From an uncultured virus (IMG/VR IMGVR_UViG_3300042503_001656) (taxonomy: Duplodnaviria > Heunggongvirae > Uroviricota > Caudoviricetes), in the IMG/VR virus record IMGVR_UViG_3300042503_001656, positions 62,001 to 118,036 of that record: a stretch of 56,036 nucleotides of DNA; one strand, 5' to 3'. Positions 14,794 to 25,600 of the stretch are shown piece by piece. A program made the position numbers and the translations under genes. Position 1 is the first letter of the stretch. Every line of letters starts with the position of its first letter. Under the pieces are notes generated by a model that was given only the letters and a program-made list of their open reading frames with translations, was not told the DNA's origin and ran no database searches.

Positions 14794-16476
14794 CTATGTA
14801 AGGCTTATCCCGTCTTCGGGGGTCCCTGTTATGTCGTTAGGGACAACGTTGCCCAGTGGATACATGCCGTCAACAGTGTCTCCAATTGGATTTCCTGAAA
14901 CAGGTGTTCCGTCTGGCAGTATGCCCGCAAGAGTGTCTCCAACTTTGAATTCAACATCTTCTACGGCTCGGTGATAAATCTTAAAACCCATTGGCTTCGC
15001 CATTTCGACAGCGTCAAGTATTGCATAACTTTCGTCACCGTCTTCTTTGCAATCAAATGTCTCATTAACAAGCGTCTCAATGAGAATCTTAAATGGGTCA
15101 CTTTGGTAGTGGGGAATTATGAAAATATAATATGTTGAATCTTCTCCATCTTTTGTGTAATGGAGAACCTGTTTAGTGGCTTCTTTGATTGCGTCTGTTG
15201 TTCCAGCCGCTCTTCCGTAGTATCCGGTAGAAAGCTGCCACTTGACAAAAGATTCAATGGCTCCATTGGATGTAAACATATCTTGCGGAGTTTCGTATGT
15301 TTCATCTGTTAAACCATTATAGAAATATTTAATATTTTTCTTTAGCTTATGACCGTTGAACTGAGATAGCCAAGGCGCATTTTTTGAGTCGACATATTTT
15401 GGATTTACTAAAGTGCTGTGGGTGTTGTTCGTTGTGTATTGGTCGGAAAGAACAGCAAGCTGACGAGGTTCGTAGTGGTAAATACGATGATACTCATCAA
15501 GCACATCCCTGGCACCGGTCATCAAGCAGTCCATTAGCCTGTGTAGCGGAGCAGATGGGTTTGTTTGCGCTAAATCTATGTCCCAGTAAAAGTCGGGCAT
15601 TGAAGAGCGGGCATCATAAACGTAGGGATTTGAGTAATAAAGAAAATCTTCTATCAAATGCGGGGACGTAACATAAACGGGTTCTCCACCATGCCCTGTG
15701 AGGGTGATTGATATATCAAAGTTGTAAGTATCTTCTTCATCAAGGGGAAGCATTTCTACATTGCTTCTAAATGCAGAAAATCGTCCAGGGTAAATAACAG
15801 AAACAGACGGCTCTGTGGATTCTATACCAACCCATCCAGAATAAACTAAAGAGCATGTAACAGAAGTTTTGCTGTTGCAGTAAATTTTTCCATTAAAAGA
15901 AAAATCTTTGCCATTATCCCCAAGAAGCATTGGTGTTTTTTCCAAAAGGCTCAGCACTACGGGCTCTGTACCACTAGGATTAATTTTAATTGAATACCTA
16001 GATGTGACATCATATATTTCCGAAGTTGTAGAAATTGTTCCACCACTACACGTCCACTGATGTGGATATGGGTAGTAAACAACGCAGTCTGTAGAGGAAG
16101 AAGTTATTTCTCCCATTGACCACGAAAGCTCTGTTTCAACGTGTATGTAGTAATAGCCCCCCGATTGACTAACATACACAATGTTGTATGTGTCATTTAG
16201 TGAGCTGGGATTACTATCTGTTGGTGTTGGCGCATATCCAGTAAGGTCTGAGATAGATATCCCGTCTACTCTTATTGGGTCACCAACTGATGGCAAGTAT
16301 GAATTTGACACTTTTAATATTAAATTGTTTATGCCTGCTGGATACGAAACGTCTTCATCAATTCTCCATTCATGCACAGTAAATGCATCGCTAGACAGAG
16401 GTAACGCAGCACCTGTTAATCTGTTTTTTGATTCTAGGCCATTGTATTGAGAGAGTCTGTTAAAAGTTTTTGCCAC
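14794..16476 (-). CDS. Baseplate wedge/tail protein (P2 gpI-like C-terminal part)
   Basis: APWLSQFNG...RAAGTTDAIKEATKQVL...AKPMGFKI motifs; directly downstream of baseplate J. Confidence 0.6.
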   Translation of the reverse strand: MAKTFNRLSQYNGLESKNRLTGAALPLSSDAFTVHEWRIDEDVSYPAGINNLILKVSNSYLPSVGDPIRVDGISISDLTGYAPTPTDSNPSSLNDTYNIVYVSQSGGYYYIHVETELSWSMGEITSSSTDCVVYYPYPHQWTCSGGTISTTSEIYDVTSRYSIKINPSGTEPVVLSLLEKTPMLLGDNGKDFSFNGKIYCNSKTSVTCSLVYSGWVGIESTEPSVSVIYPGRFSAFRSNVEMLPLDEEDTYNFDISITLTGHGGEPVYVTSPHLIEDFLYYSNPYVYDARSSMPDFYWDIDLAQTNPSAPLHRLMDCLMTGARDVLDEYHRIYHYEPRQLAVLSDQYTTNNTHSTLVNPKYVDSKNAPWLSQFNGHKLKKNIKYFYNGLTDETYETPQDMFTSNGAIESFVKWQLSTGYYGRAAGTTDAIKEATKQVLHYTKDGEDSTYYIFIIPHYQSDPFKILIETLVNETFDCKEDGDESYAILDAVEMAKPMGFKIYHRAVEDVEFKVGDTLAGILPDGTPVSGNPIGDTVDGMYPLGNVVPNDITGTPEDGISLT

Positions 16477-16478
16477 GG

Positions 16479-17930
16479 CTAAACCACCGTATATGAAATT
16501 GTTAAATTATCAGGAGTGATTCGTGGGGACCAGCCTTTATTTGCAGGTTCCAAATTCTCGTCAATTTGTGGAAGCCAGTTTGAATCACCTGGGTCTAAAG
16601 ACAGAGAAGAAACGTATTTAACTCCAGGAATAGAACTAATTAATGCAATTATTTGATTAACCCTAACTGCATCTTCTGAGATGGGGTAAGAACTAGGGCT
16701 TAGATACTCGATAATGGAGTTTTCTACTGTTTGCTGAAGCGGCTCTTGGTCATAGTTTGAGTCAAGAACGACAGAAGCTGTAATGTCTAGTGACAATAAC
16801 TCGACATTGCTTACGCTAACTATAAGACCAGGAAGGGACTTTTTTGTAACCTCAGATTGAATGTCATTAAGCTGTGGTTCGATTAAAAAGTTTCCATTTC
16901 CATAAACAAAAACAGCAATGTATCCAATAGCGTCAATACCTTTTGCAACAGTCCCCGAATCAGCAGTGGAAGACTGAATAGAACCACTGTTTGCATAAGA
17001 GATGGTTGTTGTACCGACTTCTGTTAATTCGTATGTTCCGTTGTAAGCAGTATTTGTTAAACCAGAAACAGTAACCATATCTCCTACCTGAAACTGATGA
17101 CCAGAACCAACAGTTACGGTTGCGATTTGACTTGGTGAAGTAACCCTAGAAACGTTTGTAATTGTTCTGGTTTTACTTGTTGCGATGTCTCCAGTGTCTG
17201 GGTCTCCATCTGTTAGGTCATAGGTACGAACCCTGCCAACCAAACCTGAATACCCATTTGACACAAAAGAATCAACCTGGGATGCTTTAACCAAGGTTGA
17301 AGAAAGAGAAGAAAGATAAGAAACAGCCCTAGATAAAAACTCTGGAGAGGTTTCATCATTTAGACCATTTTGAAAATCTCCACCAGCTTCCACGCTGAGA
17401 ATTGATGTTGATGGGCTCAAAATAGAAAGAGCGGTCCCCTCGTTGACGAAAGGAATAACGCCAGGGGTAAAACACTCCGTAAGAACCTGACCAGATGGGA
17501 ATGGGTCACCAGGGGATGGGGATTCATCGGAAGGAATTTCTAGCGCTTCAACCGTATAGAATACGTACTCAAGAACTTCGTCTTCAAACTCAACCGTATA
17601 TCCGAAAATTGTTCCAGGAGGTATTGTTGCACCCTCATATGAGTCGGCCGTAACCGTAACAGACATCTGCGCTGAAGAAGACAGGTTTATTGTTACTCCC
17701 ATCATCGACAGAATTCCTGACATTAACCTGTCTGGAATTCTGTTCATGGCGCTAGCGTTTACCCAGCCAATCCATGACATCGCTTGAAATATCGCGTCTT
17801 CTACGGTTCCCGCCCTGAGCGTGAACTCTGGCATGGTCAGTCGAGCCATCTCTATGGCCTCAAGGTACATGTCGCCGGGCTGTTTGTCGTAGACAGTAAG
17901 GTCTACGTATTCTGAAAAATCTGCTGCCAT
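16479..17930 (-). CDS. Baseplate J-like protein
   Basis: GATIPPGTIF, NGLNDETSPEFLSRAVSYL and C-terminal VRVNQIIALISSIPGVKYV motifs; contractile-tail context. Confidence 0.85.
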   Translation of the reverse strand: MAADFSEYVDLTVYDKQPGDMYLEAIEMARLTMPEFTLRAGTVEDAIFQAMSWIGWVNASAMNRIPDRLMSGILSMMGVTINLSSSAQMSVTVTADSYEGATIPPGTIFGYTVEFEDEVLEYVFYTVEALEIPSDESPSPGDPFPSGQVLTECFTPGVIPFVNEGTALSILSPSTSILSVEAGGDFQNGLNDETSPEFLSRAVSYLSSLSSTLVKASQVDSFVSNGYSGLVGRVRTYDLTDGDPDTGDIATSKTRTITNVSRVTSPSQIATVTVGSGHQFQVGDMVTVSGLTNTAYNGTYELTEVGTTTISYANSGSIQSSTADSGTVAKGIDAIGYIAVFVYGNGNFLIEPQLNDIQSEVTKKSLPGLIVSVSNVELLSLDITASVVLDSNYDQEPLQQTVENSIIEYLSPSSYPISEDAVRVNQIIALISSIPGVKYVSSLSLDPGDSNWLPQIDENLEPANKGWSPRITPDNLTISYTVV

Positions 17931-17934
17931 GAAT

Positions 17935-18231
17935 TTAATCTTCCGTTATTACAAAAGAAAACTGAACATTCACTGTGTCAATTTCTTCCGATATGTTTAA
18001 TGATGTTATTTCAACTTCTGGTACAAAACGAGAAGCATTTAAAACAAATAGACCTTTATCGATTGTTGTGAATGTCGGGTCGCTAACCCCAAATCTTGGG
18101 GTGAATGGATGAATGTTCGGCTCTGTAAGCAAGGCAACTGTCAATAGTTGTGAATAAAAATCATATGTACCATCGATGAGTTTTTCAACACCGTTTGCAT
18201 TGAACTTAAGTGGGAATTTAATTGTATTCAT
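17935..18231 (-). CDS. Baseplate wedge protein (gp25/GPW-like)
   Basis: 98 aa; IKFPLKF...LLTEPNIHPFTPRFGVSDPTF...RFVPEVEI; sits between spike and J. Confidence 0.7.
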   Translation of the reverse strand: MNTIKFPLKFNANGVEKLIDGTYDFYSQLLTVALLTEPNIHPFTPRFGVSDPTFTTIDKGLFVLNASRFVPEVEITSLNISEEIDTVNVQFSFVITED

Positions 18232-18290
18232 GCTTAATTATCCCACAATCGAGCCATAGTGGCGTAGGCAGGAATGAGTTAAACAACATT

Positions 18291-19352
18291 TTAAAACCTC
18301 CTTATTGGAATAACACCCATTGCTGTGTTTTTTGCAGTTCCCACGACAGTGCTTGTAAAAACAGAAGCACTTCTTGCTGTGGAGTTGGTGTACTCGGTTG
18401 ATGACCAAAAACTGTCAGTGACATTCACCGACAAACCTAGTTGTTCATAAATAACACTAAGCATAATGCGCATTTCACCTATCGAACCAAGGTACCAGTC
18501 TGTTTTCCCACCATAAACAAGCTCATGACAATACCCAGCAGCAGAGGTAGACGTATTCCCTTGTGCAACAATATCTAAAGTGTTTTGATATCCGGAACCA
18601 AGACCTCTTAAATCTGCACCAACTACAGCCGTTGATGAGTAATTAACTGGGGCAGTAGAACTCCATGTTATAAAATAGCTACCGCTGTCTGGGAAGAAAA
18701 GTTGCGGGCCAGCTTCAAGGTATGTAAAATCTGCATATTCATTGAATCTGTCAACAAAAAATATAATTCCCCCACCGGGTCCAGTGCTACCAACTTTATA
18801 TTCAAAAGATGACTCAAACGACGGGCCCGTTGCCCCAGATGGTCCAGTCGGTCCGATTGAACCAGGCGCACCAGAAGGTCCAGATGGTCCGGAAATACCT
18901 GTTGGTCCTGTCGGTCCTGTCGCGCCAGTTGTTCCACCCGTTTGCACCCAAGCAGAACCGTCCCAATACTCAACGACAGAAGTTCCGGTTATATACGTAA
19001 ATATGCCGGTATCTGGTGAAGCGCCAAGTGAAACCGTTCTGTCGTCTTCTGTCGCAAAAATAAGAATAGAGGAGCGATTTGTAGTTTTTGTAGAGCCAAA
19101 AATAACAAAACTTGTCATTGCTGAAGTTAAGAAAGTTCCTACAAGAGTGTCGCCAATTTTGTATTTTTTTGTTAGGTCGACATCAAGGGGCATGACTGGA
19201 CCTATGTCTGTGCCGAGTTCAGGGACATGAACATGAACGCGCCCGTCATTGCTCGTCATTGTTACGATGCAGTTATATATTTCACCAGGCTGTTTGGGTA
19301 TGGAAAATGCATTATCTCTACGTATTGTCCGTACTTGTGGAGGTGTAAGCAT
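18291..19352 (-). CDS. Baseplate spike-like protein (N-terminal OB-fold) + short collagen + C-terminal DUF1566/Lcl C-type-lectin-like domain
   Basis: GEIYNCIVT...DGRVHVHVPELG N-terminus; GPT run; YKVGSTGPGGGIIF...DWYLGSIGEM...FWSSTE...VIPIRRF. Confidence 0.65.
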   Translation of the reverse strand: MLTPPQVRTIRRDNAFSIPKQPGEIYNCIVTMTSNDGRVHVHVPELGTDIGPVMPLDVDLTKKYKIGDTLVGTFLTSAMTSFVIFGSTKTTNRSSILIFATEDDRTVSLGASPDTGIFTYITGTSVVEYWDGSAWVQTGGTTGATGPTGPTGISGPSGPSGAPGSIGPTGPSGATGPSFESSFEYKVGSTGPGGGIIFFVDRFNEYADFTYLEAGPQLFFPDSGSYFITWSSTAPVNYSSTAVVGADLRGLGSGYQNTLDIVAQGNTSTSAAGYCHELVYGGKTDWYLGSIGEMRIMLSVIYEQLGLSVNVTDSFWSSTEYTNSTARSASVFTSTVVGTAKNTAMGVIPIRRF

Positions 19353-20953
19353 TACTCGCTCCCCGGTGTATTGACGTATTTCCCATTAGGAAATTTTTTT
19401 ATTAGTATTTCTTGTTGCTGTCCGCTTATGAGTTTTCCATAAACACTGGCGTTGGCAATAGATTCTTTTCCTGTTTTGCCCCTTACCTTGGCCAAAAATT
19501 TTCCATCCGATTGATACTTGGCGATAGCCTGGTTTTGCGTTAACTCAACTGGGGCTCCATTAACTGTCCATATTGGAGTAAGAAGAAGCGAGAATGGTTT
19601 TCCACCATTTACGCCTGTTTCTCTCCATGGATAAATAGTGATTGAATAGGTTGTTTTTGGTTCAGAACCGGACATGAGCAATGGTCTTCCGTAAAGGTCT
19701 ACGTTCCCTGTTGCAAAAACGCCTTTTGTAGCTAACGGGTAGCGATTGGTTCTGTTTTCTGCATCAGGCAATGGGAATATGCCTTTGTATGCTCTGTCTT
19801 TAAAAAAAATTGAACCGGCGCGAGTAACTTCATATGCCCTGCTTGCTCCAATTATTCCAACTTGTGCATCCACATCGATAACCTGTGGCCCTCTTGCGCC
19901 GATTGCCAAGTCTTTTATTTCTTTAGGTTGCTTTTCTGGTTTTTTAAAAGAAATATTTACCGCTTCAGGGGATATGTCGGGAAAAGAAACATCGGATATT
20001 AGGTAGTATCCATCGTATTCAGACATGCCGCCAAGCTTTATAGTCATTCCAGGCCTTAGACGAACTGCATTAAATCTATCTACTCGTGCTGTTCCGGAGG
20101 CTTCCCATGGGTTGTTGTCTGATATAGAAATACTCGGAATTTCCATAAGCTGAAGGTCTTCTCGCAGGTCCGCAGAATCAAACTTTTTGTTTTTCCATGT
20201 GAGTGGAATGTATTTATTTTTTGTTTTTTGATTTTTGTCTTTGCTTTTTTTCTGAGCAGCAGTTAAAGGAGCTTCGTGGGTTCCCCATCTTTTTAAAATA
20301 AATTTTTCTGATGCAAAAATTAGGTATCCATCAACTTCGTAAACAACAAACTTTGCATCACTAGCCAGTTTTGTGATTACGTCCCATAGTGATTCTGCTT
20401 TATTTCCCGATGAAGCCTTGCTTATGTTTTTGGACTTAGAAGTAGCTTCGCCCCAAAATTTAAGTCCATATTTTTTTGCAGCTCTTTTTACAAACTCTGT
20501 TCCTGAGCCACCAACAGTCCCAGGCTTTCTGTCTCTTTTCATCTGCTGAATAGCCCTTGAGTAGCAGGTAACAGTTATTGTTGGATTTTCTCCAGGACCC
20601 TGGGAAACGCCAACATTCGCTATTTCAAAAAGCTGAAGCTGTCTTTCAGATATGTCTGGAAGTGTTGTTTTTTCAATTGTTCCAAAAGTTTCACTCATAT
20701 AAGCAACTACTCGGCCTATTTTAAAATAATTTTTAGAAAGCATTCCGAGCTCTTCATCTAGAACGGAAAAAGTAAGCTCACTAGACATGTTCATCGTGTA
20801 GCTAATATCAACACTAATTAAACGTTCTCTTACTTCTGCAATTTCTTCCCTTTTTTCGTCCATGAAGAAAATAACGCCACCATATTGGCGTTCGAGAGAG
20901 CGGGGAATTTGCTTCCATAATTCAATTGGAATCCTGTTATCTGTATTACTCAT
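19352..20953 (-). CDS. Baseplate hub / late-control-D-like tail protein
   Basis: ESLWDVITKLASDAKFVVYEVDGYLIF and LRPGMTIKLGGMSEYDGYYLISDVSF motifs; position upstream of the spike. Confidence 0.7.
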   Translation of the reverse strand: MSNTDNRIPIELWKQIPRSLERQYGGVIFFMDEKREEIAEVRERLISVDISYTMNMSSELTFSVLDEELGMLSKNYFKIGRVVAYMSETFGTIEKTTLPDISERQLQLFEIANVGVSQGPGENPTITVTCYSRAIQQMKRDRKPGTVGGSGTEFVKRAAKKYGLKFWGEATSKSKNISKASSGNKAESLWDVITKLASDAKFVVYEVDGYLIFASEKFILKRWGTHEAPLTAAQKKSKDKNQKTKNKYIPLTWKNKKFDSADLREDLQLMEIPSISISDNNPWEASGTARVDRFNAVRLRPGMTIKLGGMSEYDGYYLISDVSFPDISPEAVNISFKKPEKQPKEIKDLAIGARGPQVIDVDAQVGIIGASRAYEVTRAGSIFFKDRAYKGIFPLPDAENRTNRYPLATKGVFATGNVDLYGRPLLMSGSEPKTTYSITIYPWRETGVNGGKPFSLLLTPIWTVNGAPVELTQNQAIAKYQSDGKFLAKVRGKTGKESIANASVYGKLISGQQQEILIKKFPNGKYVNTPGSE

Positions 20954-22611
20954 GGGTTTACAAAATTACCATTATCAAGAATTTCGTCAAAATTCATAGT
21001 CGGATTTTGTTTAGCTCTAGCGTAAGCAGCTTCGCGGCCAGTAACCACAATAACAGAATTGCATTTTGCATTAAATTCTATAAATCCTCTTGCAGCAGCT
21101 CGAGTTAAAAAGTCAATCGTAAGTCCTGTCCTTAATGCCAAACTTGTACTTGGTTTGGTTCTGCTACACAGCGTTCCTTCTCTTGGAGTACGTGGCGGTA
21201 ACTCTACAATTGGCGTAAGTTTTGGAAACTCAATAAGTTTTATTAGTTCTTTCGGATACTCAGTCAATGTTATGTCGCATGAAGCCCTGCTTATTGCCCC
21301 AGTTGAACTTCTGTACACAGATGTAACGCTAAAGTCAGCTATGACAAACAGTGAACCGCTACCCGAGTCTTTGTTAAATGGGTATCTAACGGGTTCTTGT
21401 AAGAGTTTGTCAAAACCCATAAACACAACAGGGAAAGGGCTTGAGGCCATTTGCCTAAGTGTTTTCAAATCGTTATCTACACTTGTTGTTATTACACCGT
21501 TGTCAAGCGCCCTATCAAGACTTCCCTCAGCGTTTGGTGCAACTAAAAAGCTAAACGAAACACTCATTAGCTTGTAAGACTTCCAATCAACCATCGGCCT
21601 ATTTGCAGCGCGGTCAATTGGCGACCATTCAGAACCAATGCTTGTATAAGAAATTTGGTTTGGTCTATGAAGAAACTCGTATGTGAGCTGAGGCTGTCCA
21701 GAAGTTGTTGTCTGTACAAGTTTTGGCGCTTGGGAAGTAGAAATAGTTACAGAGCCAGCATTAACTGTTCGACTTAAAGCAGGTGAGGCGACAGTTACCG
21801 CTATGTTTTGACTTCTTGGTGTTTGCCTGGCAATTCTTGCACTTGGCATAATTAATGAATTTGCTGCTCTTGTTGAAAGTGCAGCAGCTGAATTTGCATT
21901 TACAAGAGCAATTGCCTCAGCTCTTGTGTTCCCTCTGGCTATTAGTTCATCAATTTTAGCAAGCCTAATTGATTCTGCAACGTTAGCCATTAAAGATTCG
22001 TTGCTTTGACCAGATGTGTCTCTTGTAAATAAACTGTCAATCAAATATTGACTGTCGGTAAACCCAAAAGTTTCTAAATTTCCAAATGTATAAAATCTAT
22101 TGTCAAACGGGTGATACCAATATGCAGGAATAATTAGGTTGCCGTTATCATCGTATGTGTTTGTGTACGTTTGAGGGCTTTCAATCCAAACCTGAATATT
22201 ATTGTAAGAATATGGATTTGTTGACGCAGGAAGAGATGCAGAAACAGGGTATAGCTTTGTTCTGCTTGTTGCAACAAAAAGCTTTGTTCCATAGTACTTA
22301 TGTGTATAAACACTAAACCTGTCGGGGTAGTACCTGCGGGTTGGTTTTATGCCTATTTCTGTACGCGGTTCGTATCTTGTTCTTTCGGCGGGAACGTTTT
22401 CATCTCCAGGCATATATTGCTTGTACGCAGTGAGGGCAGGAAGAGGAAGCCAGTATTCAATTTCATTAATTCTTAAATCGGTGCCATTTAAGATGCGTTT
22501 GTATAGATGAAAAATTGGATACCCAGGGTACACAACACCAGGACCGGGTTGAGTTTTTCTGACTTCTTTGTAGTAATAGGTTTCTTGAATTGGCTGAGGA
22601 GATATAGACAT
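20950..22611 (-). CDS. Tail tube initiator (P2 gpU/CIS-tube-like domain) protein
   Basis: YEFLHRPNQISY...WSPIDRAANRPMVDW...FVIADFSV...RASCDITLTEY; directly downstream of the tape measure. Confidence 0.55.
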   Translation of the reverse strand: MSISPQPIQETYYYKEVRKTQPGPGVVYPGYPIFHLYKRILNGTDLRINEIEYWLPLPALTAYKQYMPGDENVPAERTRYEPRTEIGIKPTRRYYPDRFSVYTHKYYGTKLFVATSRTKLYPVSASLPASTNPYSYNNIQVWIESPQTYTNTYDDNGNLIIPAYWYHPFDNRFYTFGNLETFGFTDSQYLIDSLFTRDTSGQSNESLMANVAESIRLAKIDELIARGNTRAEAIALVNANSAAALSTRAANSLIMPSARIARQTPRSQNIAVTVASPALSRTVNAGSVTISTSQAPKLVQTTTSGQPQLTYEFLHRPNQISYTSIGSEWSPIDRAANRPMVDWKSYKLMSVSFSFLVAPNAEGSLDRALDNGVITTSVDNDLKTLRQMASSPFPVVFMGFDKLLQEPVRYPFNKDSGSGSLFVIADFSVTSVYRSSTGAISRASCDITLTEYPKELIKLIEFPKLTPIVELPPRTPREGTLCSRTKPSTSLALRTGLTIDFLTRAAARGFIEFNAKCNSVIVVTGREAAYARAKQNPTMNFDEILDNGNFVNP

Positions 22612-25600
22612 TAGATTCTCTCTCTTATTCTCTGCTCAGTAGTCTTTATCTTTGCCATTACCATGTTTGCTATCTCTTCAGGGTTGTTTTGTCCACCGTT
22701 TATATGGAAAGTAAACGAATTTCCTCCTGATGTAACAGTAGCCTGAGTTGCTACACCCATTTGGTTAGAAGCTGGAGTCAATGTGTCGCCAAGTGCGCCT
22801 GGCCCTGGAACTGCATGAAGATGTCTACCCGCTCCACTTCCATGGAATTCGGCAAACCCACCAGCATTACGTGTTGCCACGGCGTAGGAACCAAGGTTTT
22901 GACCAACAAGGTCGATTGCCCTACCCGTTACATGGTCAGAGTTGAGTGAACCAAGACCATATGTTCTATACGAAGAGGTGATTGACCTCTTCCCAGGAAT
23001 AGAGCTGTTAATAGCCTTGTGCCTATCCATTGTTTGGCTAAGTCGTGAAGAAGTGGTATCACCGACAACGCCACCACGAGGGGTTGTCGTGTCCGTCTGC
23101 ATTATTTCTTTCATTGCTTCTTTTGACCACCACTCAGGTTTGGCTGCTTCTGGACCAAAAGCGGTACTCATATCTCTACTGAATTTTTCAACGGCCTCTT
23201 TAAACGTTGTTGATGCTGTTTTCATTTCTTTTGCAACAGCGTTTGTTTGGTCAGTATCTTGAGCACGAACTATAAGGCCAGCGTTTGTAACCCCATAATT
23301 AGCGAACTGTTGATTGAGAAGCATTCCCTGATAGTGTGCTTTGCTCTTGGCTCCTTTAGAGGTGTACAATTTCTTTGCTTCTGCGTCCGTCATGTTTGCA
23401 AACGGGTCCGTTATTTGGAAAATTCCACTTTCAACGTCGCTTAGGAATCTTTCTCTATTTTCAGCACTCATTTTAGAAATTGCTTCGTTCATCTTTGTAG
23501 TGTTGCCGTACCTCCCCATTCCGCCAAGCATTCCCTGCACTTGAGCGCTAGCGTTGGATATGAGTCCTTTTTCGGTTTCTGTAGATGTTTTAGTGAGAGC
23601 CTCAGTAACTTCCGGTGTAAAAAAATCAGCTGGGTTAATATCAGCAAATGCGCCACCTGGCTTAAAAAGGTCACCAGGGTTAGCAAGTGTGCCTATCTGT
23701 CTCTGTTGGGCATAAAAATCCGTTATCGGGTTGTCTGTCATTCCTATGGATGACTCTTGAAATGCCCTTAAAGCATTGAGTACAGATAATGTGTCTCCTC
23801 CACCCCTAATGGTGTCACCAAGCGCCGTACCTCTTTCGTCATATATTTCGGGCGCTTGAACTCTTTTTATTATTTCGTCAAAACCAGTAGCTATAGCAGA
23901 AAGCGATACGTCTATATTGGCCTCTTTCATTTCTTTTGCAGTTTTAACCATTGTTAAGCCAAGTTTTTCAACTATGTCAGAAGTCTTGAGTGTCGCGTCG
24001 TATAGGTCTACACCCATCTTCTTGGCAAGAACTTCTATTTCTGCTCCAGACTTTCCGCTCATGTCTTTGAGCAGCTCCATGCGTGCACCTTGCTGCTTGC
24101 TGATTGTGTCTGCTGCTTTAAGCCTTTCAGGAAGCTCTTTAGAAAGCTTTGTAAGTCCAGCGCCTTTGTCTTTGCTTATGGCTGCCATTTCTTCGGGCGT
24201 AATAATTCCTTTAAAGGCTGGGTCTTCGCTTATTTCTTTGAGTATCTTGTAATCTTTTTCTTGTTTTTTCTTTCTTTCACCTCTACCAAAAAGACCTTTT
24301 GTTAAACCTGTAATTCCTCCCACGACTCCACCGAGAACTGCACCAATACTTCCAAAGGTAGCTGCTGTTACTAAAGAGCCGATAGGTCCGCCGACGCTTC
24401 CCGCTATCGCGCCAGTCGCGACTCCAAGTCCTCCGCCTATTGCTGCGCCAGTACCCATGCCGCCCTTGGTTTGCTCCCATGTCGACTTTCCGTAGTCTCC
24501 GCTAAATCCTCGCTCTTTTAGTGCTTTGCTGAGGTTTCCGTAAGCTGCAGCAGTTTCTCCAGCTATCCCTTCATATGCTCCCGTGCGCCCAGTCATATCT
24601 ACACCTGCAGCTGCATCTGCCTCTTGTCGAAGTACTTTGTCTTTGGCATTCATGATTTGACGAGTGGCTATGCCATCAAGAAATGAGCCCATCGCTTCTT
24701 TTGATTCTTTTGCTCTTTGTCTCATTCCTCCAGCAAAACCAGCAACTGCTCCAGTTATCGCACCAAGAGCTGCACCTACAGCAGTACCAATTCCTGGGGC
24801 AATCATTGTTCCAATTGCTGCACCCGCACCAGCACCGGTCATTGCTCCGCCTGCTGCCGTTCTAGAGTTAAGTGCTGCTCCACCGAGACCAACAGCAAGA
24901 CCGGCTAGTGGGTTGAATTGACCAACCATTGCACCCATAGCCATTGCCCCCTGTGCTTCTGGTGCCATGTACTGAGACGCAACTCCCATGCCTAGGCCAA
25001 CGCCCATTTTTGCACCCATGCTTCTGTTAACTCCGCTAATACCTTTTTCATCGTTACCGAGAATTGCGGAACCAAGGGCGCTGTTTCTGCGTGAGCGTGA
25101 AGTGAGGCCTGCATATTTAATTTTGTTTCTAAAGGTTTGACCTTTTGTGTCTACAAAACCTGTTTGTGCGTCATATCTAGCGCCCACCGTGGCTATTCTT
25201 TGACCTGTAACCGGGTCTATCTTTCTACTTAAATTAAGCACTTCACCAGTAGATTCATCTAGTGTCGCAAATCGACGGCCAGTAATTTTTCCTCTAAATA
25301 AATCTTGACCAACTCCTGTATTACCCTGTGCTTGTTGTCTTGAGCCATCGAATATGCGACCCAAAAAGCCTCTGCGGCTGTACGCGCCTTGCGTTCCTGG
25401 TCCGCCAGCACCAGGAGGAGCTGTTCCTGGACCTCCAGGACCGGGCATGCCACCGCCACCACCTGCGCCACCACCTGTTGCGCCGCTAGAAAATCTCGCT
25501 GCGTCAATTGGGGAACTAGGGCCTGCTGGAGTCGAGTCGATAAACTGATAACCTCGTTGGACCATCATTATTGGTCTAGTGCTGCTTCCGGCAGTTGGTG

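Noticed and set aside
18291..18420. Complete diversity-generating retroelement
   Set aside because: Only a target-like domain is present; no reverse transcriptase or template repeat found in the window.
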